Shown: piece by piece, positions 38,509 to 46,478 of the stretch
Layout: every line of letters begins with the position of its first letter
Numbering within the stretch: the stretch's first letter is position 1
From: Roseibacillus sp.
Lineage (GTDB): Bacteria > Verrucomicrobiota > Verrucomicrobiia > Verrucomicrobiales > Akkermansiaceae
NCBI GenBank assembly: GCA_051251855.1
Contig: JBPOGI010000001.1
Location: forward strand, 1,152,001-1,216,000
Length of the DNA stretch: 64,000 bases
Direction of reading: 5' to 3'
Position numbers and translations under genes: made by a program
The notes under the pieces: generated by a model
Told to the model about the DNA's origin: nothing
Databases searched by the model: none
Seen by the model: only the letters and a program-made list of their open reading frames with translations

Positions 38509-38608
38509 TGAGTTCAACCTGAACGGAGAAATTGTTGCTGCTTCGGCAGCGGCCTTTGCCCGCCAAGGCCCATAATCATCGCCCCCCTTTTTTGTTCACC
38601 CCCTTTAT
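38509..38608 (+). promoter_or_regulatory. Conserved leader, copy 2
   Basis: TGAGTTCAACCTGAAC, GTTGCTGC-TTCG-GCAGCGGC, GGCCTT/AAGGCC, AATCA..GCCCCCC..TTTGTTCACCC. Confidence 0.55.
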
Positions 38609-41600
38609 ATGAAAGCAATCGTTATCGCGCGTTGCAGGAAACTCTTGTTTGCCTGTTACCTCTTCTTGCCTGTCGCCCAAGCACAGGAAGTCGTATGGAC
38701 CTCCGGCGTCACCGCCCAAGTCTACGACATTCAGGAATCGATGGACCGCGTCTATGACCTTGTTCCCAATCAAACTCCCAATGTGGATCAGGTACGGCCC
38801 GTCATCGACTTTAGCAACGGGTCTTTTGTCGATCCCACCATCGGGCAGGACTACACAGACTTCTTTCTGGTAGAAATTTCAGCCGAAGTCTTCGCCGCCA
38901 CTTCAGGAACCTACACCTTCGAGCTCGAAAGTGATGATGGTAGCATTCTCTACTTCAACGAAGAAGTCGTCTGCGACAACGACGGCGCCCACGGTCCCGA
39001 GACCGTCAGCGGCACCCGCTATCTCGAAGCCGGCTGGCACGAGTTCAATATCACCGCCTTCAACGACGTCGGCGACTTCAAACTCCAGTTGAGATGGATT
39101 CAGCCCGGACAATCCAACGCCAACATCATCCCTCAATCAGACCTACGCACCGACGACAACGTCGTCCGCGTGATCGCTCCGGGAAGAAAGTTTATCTTGA
39201 ACAATGGCGACCTTAGCCCTGGCACGGGACTCCCCGTATCTGACATTCACCCCGGATGGGAGCTGAGCACGATTCGCCCCGATAGCTTTGAACCCCAAGT
39301 AGGAGCGATGGCCCTCGCTAACGAGAACACCCTTTACCTCGGCACCTTCGAGCCCAACCAGCAGGACGATACCGGCTTCGATGCCAAGGCCAGAGTCTGG
39401 CGCGTCGATAACGTCAATGGCGACCCCTCGAACGTGACTTACACCCAAGTCGCCGGCCATGACCTGAACGGAACCGCGTTTCTCAACGAAGTGACCGGTT
39501 TGGAGTGGTTCAATGGCGAACTCTTTCTCGCCGAGCGCACCGGTATCTTTCGCATGATTGATGACAATGGCGACGGGCTGTTTGAAAACAAGGAACTCGT
39601 CGGCGACTTGTGGGATTGGGACAACTTTCACCAATTCCCCTTCTGCCTCAAGCATCGCTCCGAAGAAGATGGCGACTACCTCTACGGAGCCCTTTCGGTC
39701 GCCATTGGTTTGGGTGGCAATAGTGACTCCAATCGCGACGATTTCCGCGGCTCCGCCTTCCGTCTTAGAATCCCCGCTCGCGGACAGCGCAATGATGTTG
39801 AATATCTCGCGGGTGGCTTCCGCACCCCTAACGGTGTTGGCTTCGGGCCCGAAGGCGGACTTTTCATCACCGACAACCAGGGAGGTTGGAACCCTTCAAA
39901 CAGCCTCGTCCATGCCGTTCCCGGTCGCTTTTATGGTCACTTCAACCCCACCGACGTCTTCCCCCCTCCTGCGGACTACACTCCTGTGGTGGGACGCTTT
40001 GAGAACGAGCCCATCTCTCCTAAGACGGTTCACTTCCCTCAGAACGAAGTCTCTAACTCCCCTTCTGATATTCTAGAACTCCAGGAAGGCCCCTTCGCCG
40101 GACAACTCTTGGTGGGCGAACTCACCGCTGGAGGTATCCGCCGCGTTTTCCTCGAAAAAGTGGGAGGCGAATTCCAAGGAGCCCTCTTCCGTCACTCACA
40201 GGGATTCGAAGCCGGCGTCAACCGCCTCCGCCTCTCCAATGATGGTTCCATCTACGTCGGTTGCATGGGCTCTAATGGAGGATGGTCTTACCAAGACCTC
40301 GTCTACGGTCTCCAAAGAATGCAGCCCAAAGCTGACGCCCCGTCGGTCTTTGAAATCAAAACCGTCAAAGCCCTCCAGACCGGTATCGAAGTCGAGTTCA
40401 CCAACCCCGTTCCTACTGCCCTTCTCGACAACGTCGATAGCTACTTTGTCCAACAATGGCGCTACGTCGCCACTGAAAACTATGGCGGTCCCAAAGTCGA
40501 TCTCACTGAACTTCCCATCAGTGCCACCGCAATCTCCGCCGACCGCAAAACCGTTCAGCTCACTCTTCCTGGAATGCAAGCCGGCCACGTGATCTACCTC
40601 CGTACCGGCATTCGTGACGACGACGGCGACAATCTCTGGAGCGGCGAAGCATGGTATACCATGAACCAGATTCCTGACTCCACTCCCCCCATTGGCAACG
40701 GCGATTGGGTCGACCTCTTCAACGGAGAAAACCTCGATGGCTGGCAAGCCTTTAAGGGCGGTGCTCTTCCTGAGCGTTGGACAGTGCGCGATGGCGTGCT
40801 CACCCTGGACCCCGACCTTCCCGGCGAAGTCACCGACATCGTGACGACCCAAAGCTTCGGCGACTTCGAATTCGAGATGGAGTGGAAAGTGGAGCCCGAC
40901 CAAAACTCGGGAATTTTCATTCGTCTCAGCGAGCAATACAACCAAATTTGGGAAGGCGGCCCCGAGATGCAAATCGTCGACGACGAGCTCAACATCGACG
41001 GCCAAAACGACATCACCCGCGCCGGCGCCATCTACAACCTCTACCCTTTTCCTGCAGGTTCCTCCAACTCCTCTAACAGCTGGAACCAAGTCCGCATCAT
41101 CGCCGACGGAACCCAGACAACCTACTACCTCAATGGACAACTGGTTGCCTCCTTCGATGTCGAAAGCGAAGATTACTGGAACCGGGTGCAGGCCTCCAAC
41201 TTCAATTACATCCCCGACTTCGGTCGTCTCACCTCAGGACCGATCGGATTTCAGGATTACAATAACAAGGTGCAGTATCGAAATATTCGCATCCGCGATC
41301 TCAATGGCATTATCAACCCCGAACCTGAGCCCGAACCTGAGCCCGAACCTGAGCCCGAACCTGAGCCCGAACCTGAGCCCGAGCCTGAGCCCGAGCCCGA
41401 ACCGGAACCTGGCACACCCACTCTTACCGATGGCTTTGTGCGCTTGGAACTCGAAAACGGCAATCCCTCCAACGGTGCCGTGGTCAGCAACGAAGACCCC
41501 GGATACAGTAGCACTGGATTTATCGCAGGATGGGATGGCATTGGCCAAAACGAAGAACTCAGCATCGAGGTCAACATTCCAGAGGCTGGCTCTCACGAAT

Positions 41601-43654
41601 TCCTTCTTGGCTATGGCCGTGCCACTTGGTCGGCGGTGGGACAACTCATCGGAGACGGAGAAGTGCAACTCCTCATCGATGGAAACCTAGCCGCTACACT
41701 CGCGCTGCCCACCTCTAGCGAGTGGAGTGAGTGGCAAGTGACGACAGCCCTCTCGCTTCAACTGGATGCCGGGGTTCAGACTATCACTCTCAGAAACCCC
41801 TATTCTTCCGAAAGCACCAAAGGACAAGGAGTCGCCAACTTCGACTTTCTTGACCTCTCTTTCCAAGGCTCCCCCCCCGAACCGGAACCGGAACCGGAAC
41901 CGGAACCCGAGCCCGAACCAGGCACCCCCACTCTCGAAAACGGCTATGTGAGACTTGAGCTTGAAGAAGGCTCACCCAGCAATGGCGCACGCCTGAGCAA
42001 CGAGGACCCCGGTTACAGCGGCACAGGTTTCATCGCTGGCTGGGACGGTATCGGAAACAACGAGCAGACCCAGATTTCCGTCAACATTCCCGAATCTGGC
42101 GTCCACCAACTTGTTCTCTCCTACGGTCGCGCAACCTGGTCAGCGGTAGGCCAACTGATTGGTGAGGGTGAAGTCGAGCTGATAGTCGATGGCACCTATG
42201 CTCAAACTCTGGCCCTCCAAACATCGACCAACTGGGACGAGTGGCAACAGGTCGAGATATCGCTTAACTTGGAGGCAGGTTTCCGCTCCCTCACCCTGCG
42301 CAACCCTCATTCTTCAGAAGCCGACAAAGGAAGAGGAGTCGCTAACTTCGACTTCATTGACCTCACTTTCGGAGGAACAACTCCTCCAGAACCTGAGCCC
42401 GAACCCGAACCGGAACCAGAGCCAAGCGTTCTTCGTATCGAATTCGAAGATGGCACCCCAACCGATGGGGCTTTCGTCAGTTCCGATGACCCCGGCTATA
42501 GCGGCAGCGGCTTCATCGCCGGATGGGACGGTTATAATCGCAACGAAACAGTAACAGTCCCATTTTCCATCGTCACCTCGGGAGATTACGAAATCACTCT
42601 TCGCTATGGACGCGCCAATTATTCCGGAGTGGGACCACTCTCTGGCTTCGGACAAGTCGACATGGCCCTTGATGGGGTTTACCTCGACTCCGTTCTTCTC
42701 TCGACAAACGGTGATTGGAGCGTGTGGCAGGACTCACCCACAACCGCCGTTTACTTGGAGGCTGGCAACCACAGTATCACCTTGCGTAACCCCTTCTCGA
42801 GCGAAAGCGAAAAGGCCCTTGGAGTCGCCAACTTCGACTTTCTGGAACTCACATCTGTTGGCGGTCCCGTTACTCCTCCACCCGTTGGCAATGACATCCA
42901 GCGTCTTGAACTCGAGAACGGCACCCCTGCCAAGGGAGCCGAAGTCAGTAACGAAGGCCCTGGATTCAGCGGCACAGGCTATATCAGCAATTGGGATGGC
43001 ATCGACACCAACGAAGAAGTAGCCGTCCCATACGAAGCAGCCACCTCAGGGAACTATCAGTTCACCGTGCGCTACGCCCGTGGCCCGGACTCAGCAGTGG
43101 GCCCTCTCACTGGAACTGGTGAAGTCGAACTACAAATCGATGGTCGCTGGGTGCAAACATTCAAACTACAAACTCAGACGACTTGGGATGACTGGCAACT
43201 AACGGAGACTCTTACCGTCTACCTTGAAGCAGGTCTTCATAATTTGATTTTAAGAAATGCCTTCGGCAACGTAGCCGAAAAGCCTGAGGGAGTTGCCAAC
43301 TTTGACTACTTAGAAGTGGAGGCCCCTCGCGAAGAAATTGCGGCTTCTGCTATCGAGGGCGCTTTCGCGAACGCCTACCAAGATTTTTCATTGTCGTTCG
43401 ATGAACCAGATGAGGAAACCCCCTACTCATCCTCACTTTCGCGCGGCATTCTATCTGCTCGCATTCTCACCGAACCCGGAACCACCTATTACGTCGAATA
43501 CTCTCGTGATTGTAGTGTCTGGCAACGTGGACTCACATTCGTGGGAGAAGGCTCGATTCAATCATCAGAAATCGCGAACATACTTGTCGACTCGCCACAG
43601 GGGTTCATGCGCATCCGCTCGGTCCCGACTCCTTCTGATGAAGCTCCTCAATAA
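38609..43654 (+). CDS. Paralogue of 33667-38265 with 4 CBM35/CBM6-like modules
   Basis: First ~900 aa nearly identical to the upstream paralogue; PE linkers; four CBM-like modules. Confidence 0.88.
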   Translation: MKAIVIARCRKLLFACYLFLPVAQAQEVVWTSGVTAQVYDIQESMDRVYDLVPNQTPNVDQVRPVIDFSNGSFVDPTIGQDYTDFFLVEISAEVFAATSGTYTFELESDDGSILYFNEEVVCDNDGAHGPETVSGTRYLEAGWHEFNITAFNDVGDFKLQLRWIQPGQSNANIIPQSDLRTDDNVVRVIAPGRKFILNNGDLSPGTGLPVSDIHPGWELSTIRPDSFEPQVGAMALANENTLYLGTFEPNQQDDTGFDAKARVWRVDNVNGDPSNVTYTQVAGHDLNGTAFLNEVTGLEWFNGELFLAERTGIFRMIDDNGDGLFENKELVGDLWDWDNFHQFPFCLKHRSEEDGDYLYGALSVAIGLGGNSDSNRDDFRGSAFRLRIPARGQRNDVEYLAGGFRTPNGVGFGPEGGLFITDNQGGWNPSNSLVHAVPGRFYGHFNPTDVFPPPADYTPVVGRFENEPISPKTVHFPQNEVSNSPSDILELQEGPFAGQLLVGELTAGGIRRVFLEKVGGEFQGALFRHSQGFEAGVNRLRLSNDGSIYVGCMGSNGGWSYQDLVYGLQRMQPKADAPSVFEIKTVKALQTGIEVEFTNPVPTALLDNVDSYFVQQWRYVATENYGGPKVDLTELPISATAISADRKTVQLTLPGMQAGHVIYLRTGIRDDDGDNLWSGEAWYTMNQIPDSTPPIGNGDWVDLFNGENLDGWQAFKGGALPERWTVRDGVLTLDPDLPGEVTDIVTTQSFGDFEFEMEWKVEPDQNSGIFIRLSEQYNQIWEGGPEMQIVDDELNIDGQNDITRAGAIYNLYPFPAGSSNSSNSWNQVRIIADGTQTTYYLNGQLVASFDVESEDYWNRVQASNFNYIPDFGRLTSGPIGFQDYNNKVQYRNIRIRDLNGIINPEPEPEPEPEPEPEPEPEPEPEPEPEPEPEPGTPTLTDGFVRLELENGNPSNGAVVSNEDPGYSSTGFIAGWDGIGQNEELSIEVNIPEAGSHEFLLGYGRATWSAVGQLIGDGEVQLLIDGNLAATLALPTSSEWSEWQVTTALSLQLDAGVQTITLRNPYSSESTKGQGVANFDFLDLSFQGSPPEPEPEPEPEPEPEPGTPTLENGYVRLELEEGSPSNGARLSNEDPGYSGTGFIAGWDGIGNNEQTQISVNIPESGVHQLVLSYGRATWSAVGQLIGEGEVELIVDGTYAQTLALQTSTNWDEWQQVEISLNLEAGFRSLTLRNPHSSEADKGRGVANFDFIDLTFGGTTPPEPEPEPEPEPEPSVLRIEFEDGTPTDGAFVSSDDPGYSGSGFIAGWDGYNRNETVTVPFSIVTSGDYEITLRYGRANYSGVGPLSGFGQVDMALDGVYLDSVLLSTNGDWSVWQDSPTTAVYLEAGNHSITLRNPFSSESEKALGVANFDFLELTSVGGPVTPPPVGNDIQRLELENGTPAKGAEVSNEGPGFSGTGYISNWDGIDTNEEVAVPYEAATSGNYQFTVRYARGPDSAVGPLTGTGEVELQIDGRWVQTFKLQTQTTWDDWQLTETLTVYLEAGLHNLILRNAFGNVAEKPEGVANFDYLEVEAPREEIAASAIEGAFANAYQDFSLSFDEPDEETPYSSSLSRGILSARILTEPGTTYYVEYSRDCSVWQRGLTFVGEGSIQSSEIANILVDSPQGFMRIRSVPTPSDEAPQ
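41318..41410 (+). repeat. (Pro-Glu)15 linker, five perfect CCCGAACCTGAG units plus degenerate copies
   Basis: Read directly; shorter PE tracts at about 41875-41920 and 42385-42424. Confidence 0.92.
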
Positions 43655-43670
43655 AGCAAACTTGATATAG

Positions 43671-43690
43671 GGCACCTCGCCCGAGGTGCT
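43671..43690. terminator. GC-rich hairpin between convergent gene and rnpB
   Basis: GGCACCTC-GCCC-GAGGTGCT; no clear U-tract. Confidence 0.4.
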
Positions 43691-43768
43691 AACAAGGAAC
43701 TCAATAGACAGGGGTTCGTCTCATCCTTCTGCAGAGCGACTCTGAAAAGTCGCTAAAAAAAGGGGGGC

Positions 43769-44122
43769 GGCCGCTCTCCTGTAAGCCGGATTCTGTTCCG
43801 TTGGCCCTGCGCCAACTTCGATGACCATTTCTCTGTGCGACTAGTACCCGGGGATCAACGGACGGGTCGCCCTTTCCCCTGTTCTGTCTTGCACCACGTG
43901 GGGTTTGCCCTGCCACCTCAGTTGCCCTTGGCGCGGTGGGCTCTTACCCCACCATTTCACCCTTACTCTGGCGAACCAAAGCGGTATATTTTCTGCGGCA
44001 CTTTCCGTCCAATCTCGCTTGCACGACACTGTCCCCCGTTTTCACGAGGCACGCTACCCTATGGAGTCCGGACTTTCCTCACTGAAGCAGAAGCCTCACT
44101 GCGGTCATCCGGAGAGCGGACG
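43769..44122 (-). ncRNA. rnpB: RNase P RNA (class A)
   Basis: Minus strand has GAGGAAAGTCCGGACTCC, AGTGCCGCAGAAAA, GGTGGGGTAAGAGCCCACCG and ACAGAATCCGGCTTAC; P1 pairing CCGCTCTCC/GGAGAGCGG. Confidence 0.97.
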
Positions 44123-44134
44123 CGCAGTAAGCCC

Positions 44135-44635
44135 CTAAATCCAGAAAAGATCGACTACTAAATAGCCAGCCATCGCGAGGGCCAGTCCGAGCTTGATGGA
44201 GAGCCCCATCAAGGTGCCAACCGCAGATCCGACGCCGGAACGGGTAGCTTCGGGGACTTCCTTTTTTGCAAAGAGATACTCGAAGGCAAAGGCGCCCGCG
44301 AGTGGGCCTAAGATGAAACCCCAAGGAGCAAAGAAGAGCCCTACGATCCCTCCTAAGATTGCCCCTCCTACGCCCCACTTGCTTCCGCCAAAATACTTAC
44401 TTCCGACGGCGCCGCTGATATAGTCCAAGGCCATGGAGATGGCGAGGAGCACACTCAAGATAGCGAAGGTCCACCAGCCGAGGTGCGAATCATCTCTCTT
44501 GACCCACCAGTGTGCTCCTGCTGCTACGATGATGAGCACTTGACCAGGAAGAATAGGCAAGAAGGTTCCGATGAGCCCAATAGCGATCAGGAGCCACGTG
44601 ACGATCCAGATACCGTTGTCCTGCAGCCAGCTCAT
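44135..44635 (-). CDS. DUF456-family membrane protein
   Basis: GLIGTFLPILPG, GSKYFGGSKWG..GAILG..GPLAGAF. Confidence 0.85.
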   Translation of the reverse strand: MSWLQDNGIWIVTWLLIAIGLIGTFLPILPGQVLIIVAAGAHWWVKRDDSHLGWWTFAILSVLLAISMALDYISGAVGSKYFGGSKWGVGGAILGGIVGLFFAPWGFILGPLAGAFAFEYLFAKKEVPEATRSGVGSAVGTLMGLSIKLGLALAMAGYLVVDLFWI

Positions 44636-45288
44636 GAGTCCTTGCTACTGTCTTTGTCAGCCTGTTCTTCCTCGAGATTTTCCAGCTTTTTCTTGAGCTC
44701 ACGTTCGCGGTCGTTGAGCCCAGTGATCACTTCACGCAGACTCGCGCTCTCGCTCTTTTCCTTGTTGATTTGAGACGTCAATTGGCGTTCTTTTTTGGAC
44801 CATTCTTCACCGCCAACCTCGTTCTTTGCTTGTTCCTCTTGAGCCTTTTTGACCTTTGCCACCACTTCGTCGTGTTCACGATTTAGATTTTTCAGATCGT
44901 CCTTCAACTCCGTTAGTAGGGTTTCCGTTTTTTCTGCATTGGACTTAATCTCTGCTGCTTCGGCTTCCACTTCGGATGCCCGTTTTTCAACCTTCTCCAT
45001 TTTTTCCAGCTCTGCGCGAGAAGCCTTGAGATCAGCGCTCAAAGTCTCGCGGTCTTTCTGAAAGCTTTCTTCATTCTCGAGATTGTTTTCGCGCAGACGA
45101 GCAGCATCGTCGGCCAAAAGTCCAACTTCTCGCTCGCTTTCGGCGAGACTGCCTTTGACTTTGGCTAACTGCCCCTTGAACTGACCCCACATCCAGTGGC
45201 CCATAAGAAGGCCAAAGAGAAAGGCAAGGGTGGCAAGGAGGATATTCCAGAGTGCCAAGGAGACGAAAAAATGGGTGAATGCGTCCAT
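44632..45288 (-). CDS. Membrane-anchored coiled-coil hypothetical protein
   Basis: N-terminal TM (LAFLFGLLMGHWMWG) then E/K-rich heptads; 4-bp overlap with the next gene. Confidence 0.8.
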   Translation of the reverse strand: MDAFTHFFVSLALWNILLATLAFLFGLLMGHWMWGQFKGQLAKVKGSLAESEREVGLLADDAARLRENNLENEESFQKDRETLSADLKASRAELEKMEKVEKRASEVEAEAAEIKSNAEKTETLLTELKDDLKNLNREHDEVVAKVKKAQEEQAKNEVGGEEWSKKERQLTSQINKEKSESASLREVITGLNDRERELKKKLENLEEEQADKDSSKDS

Positions 45289-45292
45289 AAAA

Positions 45293-46273
45293 CTAACGAA
45301 CTAGTAGCTCAACTTGCCCTCCCAACCCGCCTCTATCCTCCGTCATCTCGAAAGGAACAGCTTCTAGCCGAACGGCAGGGACTCCGTTCTCGGTGAGGAA
45401 GACTTTGACCTTCTCGGCTCTTTGTTGGCCCAGCCCGTCTCCAAACTGGTCAGGATGTCCGCCGAGCACGAAGGTGACTTCGGGGGGCGATTGGAGAATT
45501 TGAGCCAAAAGCCGATGAGCCGTGGCCCGGCCTTCTGGAGTGAAATTCGAGCTCTGGGACTCAAATACCAAAGTACTATCGGCGAGCTTTTGAGAAAGGG
45601 AGCGCAGAGGCTCTCCCTCGATGGGAGAAGTGAGGACTCGGGAATCGAAGTGAAAGGGTGAGGGCCAAGCTTTCATTTCGCTTTCAAAGTTGATCGTTGT
45701 CCCCAGAGCCATACTTTTCTTGCGAAGAGAAGACAACTGGCTGGGAGTGACTTCACCGGACACGAGAAGTCGATTGCCAGAAAGGTTAAGAGAGCGGTCT
45801 CCTTCGGGGCGAAGAAAGTCGTCAATAAACAAGCCCCAAGCGACCGCGCTTTTTCCGGCCAATTGAATGGAATCACGCCAGTCGAGGTGATTGGTATCTG
45901 CCGTAGACTGCCCCTTCAAGAGCTCGCTCTTCCAGTGACTGGGAACGACCCCTTTCACCAAAAGCGCGCCTCCAACCCTTTCCACAGTCATCCAGCCTTG
46001 GACGATAAGCTCATTTTTAACGGAGCTGACGCCCCGAATCCGACCCACTTCCGCGACCACAGCCTCTGCTTCAGCTTCGCTTGTCACCGAGCCTGCAATG
46101 GTGGCCTCCAAATAGGATATCGAGACAATTGGCTCGATGACGTTCCTCTCCTTCAAGACCTCACTGACTTTTTGAGCTGTCTTGGGATTACTTTGGGCCA
46201 GAATGGTCTGCGCTTGAAACTTCATCATGATCGGCACCAGCATGGCCGTCGCGAGAATGATGAGAATTTTCAT
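45293..46273 (-). CDS. BON plus degenerate OmpA-like domain protein
   Basis: ATIAGSVTSEAE..RIRGVSSVKNEL (BON); FVLGGHPD..LGQQRAEKVKVFL..GVPAVRL (OmpA-like). Confidence 0.75.
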   Translation of the reverse strand: MKILIILATAMLVPIMMKFQAQTILAQSNPKTAQKVSEVLKERNVIEPIVSISYLEATIAGSVTSEAEAEAVVAEVGRIRGVSSVKNELIVQGWMTVERVGGALLVKGVVPSHWKSELLKGQSTADTNHLDWRDSIQLAGKSAVAWGLFIDDFLRPEGDRSLNLSGNRLLVSGEVTPSQLSSLRKKSMALGTTINFESEMKAWPSPFHFDSRVLTSPIEGEPLRSLSQKLADSTLVFESQSSNFTPEGRATAHRLLAQILQSPPEVTFVLGGHPDQFGDGLGQQRAEKVKVFLTENGVPAVRLEAVPFEMTEDRGGLGGQVELLVR

Positions 46274-46478
46274 GAGCAAAAGGCTGACAAGGCAGACTCC
46301 TTCCGCAAACTGCTAATTCTGTCCTGACCGATTGTGTTCACTTTGAGAAATCGAGCTGCATTTTCCTTAGGAAGTGCGAGAATACCTGTGAAGGAGGCTG
46401 TCTGGACGAAAATTGCTTACCCAATTTTCCCGCTGGCGCACGCTCGGCTTCTTTGAGAACCTTTCCTGAATCGAAATC

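Noticed and set aside
36199..41690. (GS)n, LGLRFG and NLSP repeat ORFs; possible CRISPR-like array
   Set aside because: Other-frame readings of the PD/PE linkers; no repeat-spacer structure or cas genes.
43701..44161. Several short ORFs on both strands
   Set aside because: They overlap the RNase P RNA.
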